From Saccostrea cucullata (taxonomy: Eukaryota): DNA of 64,000 nt. Location of the stretch: NCBI RefSeq assembly GCF_032062105.1, contig NW_026929586.1:186001-250000 (forward strand). Reading direction: 5' to 3'. This document shows, piece by piece, positions 51,119 through 63,790 of the stretch (position 1 is the first letter of the stretch; each line of letters starts with the position of its first letter). Position numbers and translations under genes: made by a program. The notes under the pieces were generated by a model. The model was not told where the DNA came from. It did no database searches and saw only the letters and a list, made by a program, of their open reading frames with translations.

Positions 51119-51467
51119 ACTAATCAGTTACACGAAATGGAGACAATTTTATATTTCAATGCGCTTGCTAGATTACGTGTTTTGTTTTGTTGTTAAATAA
51201 CAGCATTACAAGAACATGTACTGATGAAAATCAATTCATAACTTTGACTGGAACCAGGGGCATAACATGAATTGCATTATAAAAAAACAACTGATCCCAA
51301 ATTAGTTTACACATGTTTACAGCAATAATAATAATATTCTTTTACGAAACAAGATACCCAAAGTAATGGAGTGATAAGAAAGGAATTATCACCTGTGCTA
51401 TACATATAGACGTGACGCTTACGAGAAGTGATTTGAAGTCCCTGTGACCTTTAAATACATTGTAAAC

Positions 51468-51767
51468 ACTAGAGGTACTGTGAGCAATGAGCTCACTAAA
51501 TGATACCCCCCGCCTCCCATATGAATATAATGGCAGTGTCCATGTTTTGCTCTGGAAAATCCAAAATATATGTCAGATCAAAATGTAAAATAGGAGGTGC
51601 ACAATGGCAACATGTAATGAAGATTCTGTGAAAGTTTCATTAAATTTCCTTCAGTGGTATGAGAGGAGTTGCGGATAAGAGATGGGTACCCCAAAGCGTA
51701 ACAGACGGACGGACGGACGGAAATATCGATTACTATATACCTTCCCACTTTTCAAGCGGGGGGTATA
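51468..51767 (-). mobile_element. DINE-1/HINE-like element (inverted copy of 41876-42197)
   Basis: actagaggtactgtgagcaatgagctcac..gacggacggacgg..ttttcaagcggggggtat. Confidence 0.82.
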
Positions 51768-51927
51768 ATAAGGAGTATAACGAATTATGCTTATAACGAA
51801 GTGAAATTGTTAGTCCTTTGCATTCGTTATATACGTGTTTTCTATGAAAGTATATAAAAAACTAAGACAAAATTAAGGAATACATTGGTTGCCTCCAATT
51901 TGTCTGAGCAATCGTTTGCGTTGCGCA

Positions 51928-52268
51928 GTCGATACAATGACCTTCGGCAAATACAATTCATCATTGAGTCAAATGCTGACTGACGTTTTGATATTGGCCT
52001 AAATAACATTTATTTATGGTCTCTTGTCCATCACATTAATCTTAGTCCATTATTTATCCACTGAATTGACGACGGATTTTTTCCGTTATTTCCCGATCAT
52101 GACAAAGAACACACGGCTGATGTGAGCGGTCGGCAGAGGATGCTCACTCCTCCATGGCACCTGATCCCGCCTCTGATGTTGTGGAGGTGCGTGTTTGCTC
52201 TGCTCCTATTTTGTATTGTTTTATGGACATTTGAGATTGACTTCTGTTCGTTATCTCCAATAGCATAT
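51928..52268 (+). mobile_element. Penelope-like RT C-terminal end plus 3' tail
   Basis: gtcgatacaatgacctt..cattgagtcaaatgctgactga..cactgaattgacgacg..tail is collinear with 24181-24461. Confidence 0.78.
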
Positions 52269-54744
52269 CTTCCACCAGCCAGAGCTTTCAATTGATCTAG
52301 AGTCTAGGAGCAGAAAAAAAAATTTCCTTACGTTGCGGTCCAATACCGTTGTGCTTCAAACATGGATACATGTACATTGAATGAAATCGTAAAAACGGAT
52401 AACTATAGTCACTGCACCAAAAAGATGCCTCGCTGATCAAAACCCTTCATGTAACTGCTGAGTACATGTATAAATTTATATTCTACCGGCAAGTGAAGGC
52501 GTCTCTAAATTAATGAAAAATTATCGAAGGGTTGTTGAACAAAAAAAAAAAAAAAATCCTCGTCTACTTTGAATAACAGTCTTTTTATTGGCAATTTATA
52601 TTTCTCTACAGACATGTCTGAAACAGCAATGATAAATAAGAAAATCAATGATTAAAACAGTTGAGAGCTTGAATGATGTCATCAGATAGGCTGTGATTCT
52701 TGTGGAGTCTGCATTTTATTCCAACACAGATTATCGACGACTAATTGCATTTTTGATAAGCCATATCTTTATATTATAGCAGAATCACCGATTCCAGTGT
52801 GAAGTATTCAGAAGATTTCTCTTAAGATTTGTCAGATTGCACATTTCTTGTATTTAAAAATTAATGAAATTTTCACAGAATCAAGAGGACAATATCACTA
52901 AGTGATGGTATCAGTGAGATTAAATTTGACCGTTTAATATTAGAGACAAGGTCAGGTCAAGGTCATTACCTTTTTCCTGGACATTAAGAAAAGAAAATTA
53001 CTGTTTCCAATCATGCGAACCCTACTTGTAATTCAAAAGATTGAATGTTTTTCTTTTTGCATAAAAAGATACTACCATATAGGGCCTATATGATGATATT
53101 ACCAAATTGACATGGATAATTTAAATAAAATGGATATTTGCTAATCCGAATTTCCTCTACTTTTCTTAAATTTTTAGGATATATTAGTTATTTTTATATG
53201 CTTCCTATATTTAACTTTTTCCAGTTTTCACATATAGTAAAGTTGTCACATGAAGATACAAAATGATACAAAAACTAAAAGTTTTGATCGTTTACTACGA
53301 GAGAAATAACACTTTTTACGGATTTTTAGCTTAGATTTGAAGCATTTTTTTTATGTGTAAAAAATCTTATTTATTTGATATATTTTGAAACTTTAGTCCC
53401 TTATTATCAATTTAACTTGCATTTGAGAATTTCGTCTAGTCTTTGATTGCGTAAAAAATATAACTAAATTCAATGTTTTATAATAATTTTGAGAGGCAGA
53501 AAAGAAGATATTTTCATACGCCACCATTCCGCCAAAAATATAGTCCCTGCTAGTTTTCAAATGCAGTTTATTATTTCTATTTAAAGTTGTATAGTTGTGA
53601 TGAGGAAAGAAAAATATGGTCTTTTAAATCTCTTACATCTAAATATATAAACGTATCAACAAAAGCCTTAAGTGCTTTTATGGGCTTGATTTTTTATGTA
53701 TTAAATTAAGCATTTAACAAAAATTTATCATGAATTATGCTTTATTTATTAATAGAGAAGAAGCAGAAGGATTTTTTATCTTTGGCAATAAGTAGAACGC
53801 GTTTGTCATCATCAAATGACATTAAAAATGCAATTAATAATTACCCAATACCCTGTATTACCAATAAACTAAATGCATATGTAAAAAAAAAATACATTTG
53901 CAATTTCTAAAGAGATTTGTTTATAAATACACCATTTCTTTTCATAACATTGGCTTCATTAAAAAACAAATTACATCAAAATACATCACTTGGCAGAAAT
54001 TACGACTTATGATCCAGGGTTTACAACAACAACAACAACAACAAAAAAAGATACGACTAAAATCAATGTCATTTTTGCATATAAATTTCTTATTTGCTTT
54101 AATATCATAATGGTTATAATCTTTTTTAAATAATGAGTACAAAAAGATACGTCTATTCAGTAGTTTGTGACAGAATCAATATCTATGCACGATTTTACAG
54201 TTTACAAAATATTTTGGTCTTAGCTGTAAGTTCTTTTGTAAAAAGAGCCAAAGATGGGTCTTTTATAACGTTTTGTTTATTTCTAACGAAGAAAATGTGG
54301 TTTCTTCCCATATTAATTTTAAAAAAATGGATTTTAATTCAAAACAGACACTATGCCGTTTTTTAATATTGGAGACATATAAACGTATCATTCATATATA
54401 CAAAGTATGCGCCTGAGGATACTGACAATTCAATATGGAGAAATGACAAGACAACACCTAAATTTTTCGAGCCGCCACAACTTTCTGACAAGACAAAACT
54501 AATAAGATGTTTTATAAAATAACATCATTATTTTACAATTCATTGTAACATCTGACAAGTCGACTCCTCATAAGATTATGTCAACTTGCTAGATATTTAG
54601 AAGACATTTAGATGTCAGATAATGATTTTTTAAAAAAAAGCTACATGTATAATAACATGATCCTATCCGTGCCTATTACAATTTGACAGGTCAACATAAT
54701 CATATGACAAGTCGACATAATTAACTTACATGTCTACAGTAAAG

Positions 54745-55032
54745 GATAGAAAAACATGGCATAAACCTCTGACAAATTGTGGCAGAAATACTAATGAAAC
54801 ATCTGACAAGCGGTGGCAAAAACGCATATAAACATTTAACAAGTCGTTGCAGAATAAGATAAGCATCTGACATAGTGGGGGCAAAAATATATAAACGTCT
54901 GACAACGTGGTGGCAGAAATACGTCAACATCTTACAAAGTGGTGGCAAAAATATAACATCATACAATATGGAAGCAGAAATACGAAAACATCTGAGAAAG
55001 TGGTGGCACAACTACTTATAAAACATCTGCCA
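54745..55032. repeat. ~30-bp minisatellite
   Basis: About 9 degenerate units of aaacatctgacaagtggtggcagaaata. Confidence 0.85.
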
Positions 55033-58000
55033 ATTTTTACCATCAACACGTAATTTGAGGTAACACTTTCTTCCTCTTTCATTAAGAAGAAGCACCTCGA
55101 AACAAGAATAAGTAAAATCTTTTGTAATATTTTATCCTAAACATTGAATTAACGGTACTACGAAAAAACATTTTTTGCTTCCATGTAGCTTTGATTAGAT
55201 TATCTAATGCTTTGAAAGTAAACATTCTGGAGCTGTTACTTGATAAATCAATTTTTAGCAAACAGAGGTATCATATATAGTGATCGTTAAATGATGGGTA
55301 TGTTCCCGGTGAAAGTTGTTTCTTCAATAAATCTAAGCTACCGACAAATCAGAAAATACCACATATTGCATAACAAAGTTTCCGATAAAATCACTGTATC
55401 TGATATTGTTTACTAACTTAATTTAATTCATGAGCATCCTCATAAAGCCAGTTGCAGCTGCCATAAGACGTCTAGTAAAGTATAATTTGGAGAATTAGGT
55501 GAATATTTATTTTGTTATGGTCATTATAAGAATTCAGGTCTGAGGTGTGTTCATCAGATCATTGACAGTTTTGACTAAGAAAAGATTAAGGGAGGGCTTA
55601 TCCTAAAAAAAAAGCTTAATGAATGTTATTTTCTGAGTATTGTTTTTTTTTCATTTCAAGAAAATATTTAGAAAAATATATTTATAAAACAAAGTAAAAC
55701 ACATAACTTACTCAGAAATCATGTAAAGTGTAAATATATTGCTTTGTTACAGAAGATTCCACCTATTTAAAAAATATTCAAAGTATAGTTTTAAATTCGA
55801 TCCTTCTTTTAGGAACTGTTAGTAACAATGTTTTTTGTAGGTAATGATTTAGGTAAATAAGAATGTATATATTTGATGTGTAAAACAAAACTAAGTTGAT
55901 GTAAACATTTTGAATATGAGTTCAGATTCGACCAAGAAAAACATGCATTTTCTAATGGTTAACAGAAAGTGACGGATAATTTCAAATTGTTACAAAATTA
56001 GCTTAGAACAATTGATTTTTGTATTAGTATTCTTTTACGCAATGGGCTAAACCAAACAATGAGTTGGAAGATATCTGGTCAATACGCCTCTAAGAATGAT
56101 GGAAAATAGCAAACGCAGGCGTTTAACACGTCAATAAAATCAAATCAATTCATCTGAGTATGATGAGTATTGTGTAATTATGTTTCGCAATATTTTTTCT
56201 AAGTATGTGCCAGACTTCGGCAATTATCACCACCAGAAAATGATTTGTGGCACAAAATTGTAGATGGAAATTAATTGCGAAGTTTGTATATAAAAGCAAA
56301 CAATGCTTTCTGAAAAAAAAAGAATCCCGATTAACGGTTAATCTTACACTAATATCAGATTCTAAACATGCTAAATAAGCCATTATCATGAAAACCACTC
56401 CATATTTCCTCGTGGTTTTAAAAATGATTCAGTACAGTCAAGCACGATCCCTTTAAGTGATAAACTGCCGCAGACAAGCGATTTTGATTTGGTCTTCAAG
56501 TATAATGCTAATGCACTATGCTTTACCTTAACGCATGTCTGTCGGTCCCTGACCGGCCGATGGATCGAGAAATTTACATATGCAGTGAAAACTGTCTAAT
56601 CCGACACCTGTGTTATCCGTCACACGTTTAATTCCGATGTAATTTTTTTCTACCATAGTTACTATTTTAAATGTTTGTATACACTGTGCAATCCGACACC
56701 CTGTCAATTCGGATACAAAGTTCGTCTCACAGTGCAATTTCGCAATTTTTAAGAACTACAACAATGAAATAGAAGCCCCATATATAGGCATATTTTTCAA
56801 TTATTTTTGTAAAAGGAAATAGCATATAGGTCCAGAAAAAAATAATGTACTGTTTACCCTTGTCAATGCAATTTCCTTCAGTCTTTTAGTTATGGTTTAT
56901 ATGTGAATATTAGAAAATCTACGGTACATGATCCTTTTTCTGATGTATTGGAAGTCCGTGTTTGCTCTTTTCTTTTTTTTTTTTTGTAATGTTATTTTTT
57001 TTTTTAATGAACGTTTAATTTGATAAAAATTTTTTATCTCCATGTATTTAATGTGGTTATGTAGAAGAAACTTTTTAAGCCCATACATGAAAAAGTAATT
57101 GATGTTCCCTGTTGCTGTAATTAAAATTGATATGACGTGGGACTTCCGTGTCTATTTTCTAAAGGTAAGATGAAGTATAAATTAGATTACAAGTTCATTT
57201 TTGGATTTGATTCATTATATTTCGTTATCATCGGAGAAAATGTTTATTGTCTAGAATGGTTAAATAACGTTGAAACTAATTATATCTGTAAATAACAAAA
57301 GAAATCATATTCTTAGAGATAGTCATTATGTGTTAATATAAGGTTAGACTTTATTTAGCAATAAGCAGTGTATTTCACATCATTTTTGACGCAGATTAGA
57401 ATCATCGAGCAAAGTACAAGCACTTTGCAAGTATAATGAAAACATCAATAATTTTAGATAAAATAATTTTTATCAGAAATATAAATAATTTGAGTTCTCC
57501 AAATATTTTCTCATTCATTATAAATGCAGTTGCATGTATCATGCAAAACCTGTCAAGCTTTTCTCTATATAAGATTGTGCTTTATATAAAACCGTGGTAA
57601 TTTTACTCTTTTTCTGCAACAAATTACCGTAAAACGTATTACCAAATTAATGCCGCGGATTCTTAGATTTTTCTTTACACTAAGCTGTCCCTGTGAGGAT
57701 CAATATAGAATTTCCGCTTTCAATTATCCCCAGGTTCATGTGGGCAGCTCTTATTTTATCTCGTTTGTCACCAATGAGTAAAACCAATTAGCTGCAATTT
57801 TGGTGAAGAAATTTGAATCGAACACGCTCGTGTTTTATGGATAGAAATTTTAAATATGTTCTTGTTGCGAAAGACGTAGTTCCTCGAATTAAAGCTGCAC
57901 ATTAATCTTTTATTGATAGGATACATGTAACACAACTTCTGCATTTAAAACATTTGAATAAAACCCAAGGACAGCAAATGCAAAAAGAAACAAGAACTTA

Positions 58001-58381
58001 TAGAAATTTTATATTGGATTCAGAGAAATGGAAACTTTTTTTAAAATGAATATTAAGTTAATGTTTAATTAAAAAATCAAATTGACGATTTCAGTAGTAA
58101 AATTAGTGCATGATCTTATTGCACTAAAATCCGTGCATGATCCGATAAGAGGTGATATTATTGATATTAACTATTTTTTTTTTTGTAATTTACGCTTAAA
58201 TCATAATGATATAGCTTTCAGTGTTCAACAATCAAGTCTCGTAGTCACAGAGTGTTTTTCGAAAATGCAACGCAAGGGTGAACTACCGGTACCTAATAAG
58301 TTACATTTGAACGAAACCGTATCATGCAATACCATTCGTCAGCTATTTTTAGTAAAGTGTGGGTTTTGATGATAATCTTAC

Positions 58382-58445
58382 CTGATATAAAGTTAATTAG
58401 TAGAACCACAATGCAAAGCAGAAATTTTTGACATAGTCTGTGCAT
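58382..58445 (-). CDS. Second signal-peptide exon homologous to exon 1 of the knottin-like gene (candidate alternative first coding exon)
   Basis: Reads MHRLCQKFLLCIVVLLINFIS-G|gtaagat, phase 1. It is similar in nucleotide sequence to 49819-49897 (ATGGAATTT.ACA.GAGT.AT, TCTGCTTT.C.TTG.GGTT, TTTATATC.G|gtaagat). An upstream acceptor ttttacag lies at 58451-58458. Confidence 0.62.
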
Positions 58446-59477
58446 GACTCCTGTAAAATTCCATATGGATTATTCCTCTAATTAATCACATATATTGCTC
58501 CCCTGTTATAGATGTCATATAATAAAATACAAATCACTCTGTTCCTGTTTCGGTTTCCACAAATATCAAGTGTTTCCGGGAAAACAAATAATGATTTATC
58601 AAACTGTTGTCGAACAAGATCCTATTGAATTTTGTCCTGAAAACATGAATTATTATTTTCACAGAAGTTCTGTGAAGGAAATAACTATAAACTGTTGATT
58701 TGGTTAATTTTGGGAACGACAATTGTTCCTTTACAATGACTCAATTGAATATCAATATGCATAAAATCTTGCTTGGAAAATAAACACATAAAGTACTTTC
58801 CAGATTAAATCCCATACTTGTGTTAAAATATGTATCAAAAGCTTTGCTTATGACAGTACCATAATTCTTTTTATATATAAAAACACCACATCATACATCC
58901 TCTAATTCAATACATTGTACATATAAGCCATGAATGCAGTCACGAATCAAACTTTCCTTGATTCTTGGCTATTGATTAAACGACAAAAGGTAAAGAAATA
59001 TTTTTTTTCTTGAAATAATGGTCTGTCTGCTAACAAATCACAGCAAATGATTTTCTAACAAATCATTGCGATGAAAATGAAGAAATATATTCACCTAGCT
59101 GAATTTTAACAACTTCTGTTGAATTCTTTGAACACTCCTTCGCCTGTATTATCACGTCCACTGAATTATTAAGAGACAACACCGTGCTTACCCCACTGAA
59201 TCACACATCGTTAGGGAAATCACGTAACTTGTTGATTAAAATCCGATATGATACCATTTATTGGTCATGCAGCCATATTTAATATTTATTCGTTATTTCT
59301 ATATTTAAAGTACACTATGTCTAAAAGGGCACAAAGGGGATATAAACAAATCATGACAATCAATAATTTAAATACTTGTGGTTTAAACTTACTAAGGACT
59401 GATGCTAAATTCGGTTGATGAAGTAATAAAGGAAAATTATATCGATTGTAGTATGTGTCTGAAAACAAATTGGGTTT

Positions 59478-59832
59478 GTATTGTTTTATGGACCTCTGAA
59501 CTTGAATACTGTTTATCTCCATATGTTTCATTACTCACTGAATTGTCCATGGATTTTTCAGTTATTTCTCGAACATGACAAGGAGCACGTGGCGGGTATA
59601 ATCAGTCAGCAGGGGATGATCAATCCTTCATGGCACCTGATTCCACCTCTGAAGTTTTGGAGGTCCTCATTTGCTCTGCTCCTATTTTGTATTTTTAATG
59701 GACTTTTGAGCGTCATCTCCATATGTTTTCTGATCCTACCTCTGATTTTTGGAGCGTCTCGTTTACTCTGCTCCTATATTGTTTTATGGACTTTTTAGCT
59801 TGAATACTGTTCGTTATTTCCATATATGTCAT
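59478..59832 (+). mobile_element. Partial-tandem Penelope-like tail copies (pLTR-like)
   Basis: A tail end, a full tail and a second partial tail are arranged head-to-tail. Confidence 0.72.
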
Positions 59833-61045
59833 ATTAAGACATAACAGCGGCAGTTGTGTTGAGTCAATGGTTTTTAAATCAAGCACACTTATCTAATCCT
59901 TACAGTGAAGGCATGTTATCAGTATTTGGCGCCTGTAGTATGGTGTTTGATGTAGCACCGGAATAACAATGGCTATTTGTCTTACATTGTCTTAATAGAA
60001 AATAAGGATAACCAGCTATAGATTTCGATTTTTTAAAAAACTTCCTCAAAAAGTACGTTTTAAACTACTCCTCAAGTAAATGTTGGCTGCATAAAATATA
60101 AATTGAATGACACACGCACCATTTATATTTAAAAATGTATTAAGTTTCAATTTTAGAATATGAAACACGAACTGTGCAGAGTACGTTTTTATCCTAGAAG
60201 TAAAATTCGATGTTCTAAAAAAAAAGGGACCTGTCGTTGTTTCGGTAGTAAATGATAAGTAACTTTTATATTAAATATGAAAAACATATATTTTTACAGG
60301 TTCACTTTATGGAAGTAAATATATTATGTATCTCGTAATTTATAAACGCAAAGAACATTCTGATTAACAATCTTTTCAATGTGTAGAAAACCTTTAATTC
60401 TACATAACTACTCCCACCCCAATCCCCATACACCAACACTTAAACTTATATGTATAGAGCAGCCCGGTCCTCCGGGCTGCAATAAGGATAACCAGCTATA
60501 GATTTCGATTTTTTACTTCCTAGTACACTATCACTAAATAATGGTGAATGAATTAAAAAAAATGAAGATAAGGCCATTTCAAGTCTTTAGCTCACCTGAG
60601 CTGAAAGCCCAATTGAGCTATTCTGATCACATTTTTCAGGAGTCAGTCCGTCCGGCTATCTCCCTGTCTGTATGTCCGTCTGAAAACTTTTTTTCATTTT
60701 TAACTTCTTCTCAAGAACAACTGGGCTTATTTAAACCAAACTTGCAACAAAGTATGATTCAAGTTTGTTAAAATAAAGGGCCAAAGAGAGACAATAAATG
60801 CTAGGGAAAAATAATGACATCGTTTAAAAATCTTCTCGAGAACCACTGGGCCAGGAAAGATAAAACTTAGGTGAAAGCATCCTCAGGTAGTGCAGAATCA
60901 AGTTTGTTCAAATCATGATCCGGAACGGGGGGGGGGGGTAGGGCGGGGGAAAATAAACGGTTATAGTTTTATTTGTATAGGTAAAATCCTCTTCCACAGA
61001 ACGATTAAAGCCATGTTTCGCTGTATTGATATGGTAGCATCTTTA

Positions 61046-62161
61046 CCCTAACAAAAAAATACTATAGTAAACTTAAGTTAACTATAGTACCAAAGTTCAA
61101 AACTTTGGAACTTTGATTTACTATGGAGAAAGCTTTGGAACTTTGACTTACTATAGTGAAAACTTTGGAACTTTGATTTACTATAATGAAAATTTTGGAA
61201 CTTTGATTAAGTACTATAAAACCCGTGGAATTATGGTTTTGCTTCTCATTCTGTACATTTCAGAAAATGTCAAGAATAAGATTTATTAAAGCTTCAATGA
61301 ACGTTTTAAAAACCCGACCCATTCCCTAAAGGAACAAAGTACCGTAAATCTGAAAATTTTTGCTGTAGATAAATTTTTAGCAAATTTGCGAGTTCATTGC
61401 ATTCGCAAAAATATTTTTCTTAAAAATAAATTACCAATTAGAAAATGTAAACAAAGCAGTGGTAACGCAAAATTTCGAAACGTAAAAATTCATGAAATCG
61501 CAAAATAAAATCGACGTAAAAATTTCCAGATTTACGGTATATGAAATGAAATTAATGAAAAAATTGTCCTTGCTACGATAAATAAGCAATATTTATTATT
61601 ATCTATGGAGAAAAAAATTACTATAAGATAAAAATTCATTTAGAATAAAAATATTTGCTTTATTAACTTCAGTCAATATGTTTTTTTTCTACCGTTCAAA
61701 GTAAATATTGCATTTAAATTAATTACTTTGCATATTTAAATTGAGATGAACAACAAAAATCAGCCCAAACAAACCAAAATCATCACCCTTAAAACAGATT
61801 AATGATTAGAAAAACTTAATAAAAACATACAAAAACTTAAATACTTTGATTTCCTACGGCAAAAACTTTGGTTTTTGAATAAATATGGTATAAACTTTAG
61901 AACTTTAATTTACTATGGTGAAAACTTTTGAACTTTGATTTACTATTGTAATAATTTTGGAACTTTGATTTACTACAGTAAAAATTTGGAACTTTGATTT
62001 ACTATGGTAAAAACTTTGATTTACTGTAGTAAAAACTTTGGAACTTTGATTTACTACAGTAAAAACTTTGGAACTTTGATTTACTATATTGAAAACTTTG
62101 GAACTTTGATTTACTATAGTAATCTATAGTCAACTATAGTTTACTAAAGTATTTTTTAGGG
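61046..62161. mobile_element. CCC-terminal TIR element with 2-bp (TA) TSD and 30-bp minisatellite (animal EnSpm/CACTA-like non-autonomous)
   Basis: Ends ta|ccctaacaaaaaaatactatagtaaact and agtttactaaagtattttttaggg|ta. It splits the host motif gcatc.ttaggtagtg and carries repeats of aaaactttggaactttgatttacta. Confidence 0.72.
61342..61537. mobile_element. TA-flanked MITE (Tc1/mariner-type)
   Basis: Ends ta|ccgtaaatctgaaaattttt and aaaaatttccagatttacgg|ta. Confidence 0.8.
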
Positions 62162-62834
62162 TAGGTAGTGTACATTCACATTTGTTCAAATCATGATTTC
62201 GGAGGGGTATGTGAGGGGCAAAATAGTGATGAAATATTTACAAAGAAATATACAGGAAAACATCTTCTGGTCAAGAACAGTAAAACCATTGTTATTAATA
62301 AAGAAGCATTCTCAAGTAGTTTAAAATTCAAGCCTTACTTTTCAATACTGAACTGATTTGTGTGTGTTTTCTTCAGCCAATCTGCTAAGGTGAGCGATGT
62401 GGCCCATGGGTCTCTTGTTTTCTATGTTAGCGTCCTGGGCCGGATTGGTTTTGGGGATTAAAAAATAAAAAAAAAACACACACAAATCAAAATCGGAAAA
62501 TATAAATCTTTGTAGCAATTCAATCTTTGGGGATTTGTTTCTCTTTTTAAGTGGTGTAACAACATTTTTTGATTAAATAAAGATTTAGTAGTTTTACTAA
62601 GTAACAATGCTAGGAGAATTTTCAAATGGTGATGAGAAATTCTCTACTTAGGCTTTAGATGTTGTGTTTCTCAATTTTGGTTTGATTTTTACCGGTAAGA
62701 AAGTTTTCAAATTTAGGATGGCCACTAAGAAAAAGAAAAAAGCTTGAAATGATTTAAGAAAAGTGATCAATTTCATTTCACCACAAAAATACATGAAAGA
62801 TATATCGACGATATATTGTCAATTAACAATGGTA

Positions 62835-63308
62835 AATCCATCCCAGGATTAAGCTTGAAATAAAAGATGCCACAAACTCTGACACGTCTGTTTAATATTT
62901 GGATACTCTACTTGAAAAGAGGTAAATGGTAATCTAACAACCAAACTTTATCATAAAAGTGATAACTTTAACTTTTCAATAGTCAACTTAAGAAGGTTAT
63001 GCAGCAAGAAACCTTCATCATCTTCATACAGGATTTATATCTCTCAATTGATTTGATACGCAAGAGTATGCTCTACATATGAACAATTTCCCAAACGAGG
63101 TAAATCATATGCATTGACAAACAAGATAACGAAACAAGTCTATCAGCAGTCTCGTTTAAAGTCATTTTCATACTCACTGTTTGGCCATTTTTACACAATG
63201 TCATCGAATTGTCTACGTATTTTCCCGTTATTTCACGATCTAGGAACACACAGCAGGTGCGACCGTACGGGAGAGATGCTCACTCCTCCATGGTTACTGA
63301 TCCCTATT
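62835..63308 (+). mobile_element. Degenerate Penelope-like RT fragment with tail, truncated by mariner insertion
   Basis: Collinear with 23852-24360 (LEIKDATNSDTS..LD..NGNLTTKLYHK..YISQLI*YARVCSTY..) but with multiple stops. Confidence 0.75.
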
Positions 63309-63309
63309 T

Positions 63310-63790
63310 ACGAGGGCTGTTCAATAAATAATGTCCTCGGTGTTAAAAAAGAAACAAAAAACAATTGTCAATGTTTTTATTTTATTGATTTCCTTCAAAA
63401 TACTCTCCTTTAACAGAAACACATTTTTGCAACCTTTTTATCCAGTTTCTAAATGCCTTTTTATACACAATTTTGGGTATGCCCTTCATATACTGAAATA
63501 TAGCAGATCCAATGGCGTTCCTAGAGTTGTACTTTTTTCCTGAGAGGTGTTTTTTTAACTTTGGAAAAAGAAAAAAGTCACAGGGAGATAGGTCAAGTGA
63601 ATAAGGCGGGTGTGGTAAAACATTAACCTTTTCCTTCTCTAAAAACTCTTTTACAATACGTGACGTGTGTGCTGGAGCGTTGTCATGGAGGAGATTGATG
63701 TGACGGATACCAGACTTTGGTCTCTTCCTCTCATACACTTTTTTAACCTTTTGTAACACTTTTTCTTTATAGACTCGTCCAGTTATCGAA
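63310..63790 (-). mobile_element. Mariner (Tc1/mariner, D34D) transposon 3' fragment with TIR
   Basis: ORF 63382-63759 contains LLHDNAPAHT..LPHPPYSLDLSPCDFFLFPKLKKHL..W..RLQKCV..KGEYFE. A mariner-type terminus ta|cgagggctgttcaata lies at 63310. Confidence 0.93.

Larger units (their letters stand above)
60586..62420 (+). mobile_element. Degenerate HINE of the 29791-31236 family, interrupted by nested elements
   Basis: 5' tttagctcacctgagctgaaagcccaattgagct, unit gcatcctcaggtagtg..tcaagtttgttcaaatcatga, 3' aggtgagcgatgtggcccatgggtctcttgtt. Confidence 0.8.

Noticed and set aside
54721-55011. Repetitive Cys-containing ORF as a second knottin exon
   Set aside because: It is the translation of a 30-bp minisatellite and has no ICK spacing or splice context.
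52270-58370. Additional protein-coding exons
   Set aside because: Only short low-complexity ORFs and MITE or repeat fragments are visible, and none has supportable homology or splice structure.
61095-62120. CRISPR-like 30-bp repeats
   Set aside because: The units are contiguous without unique spacers, lie inside a eukaryotic TIR element, and have no cas genes nearby.
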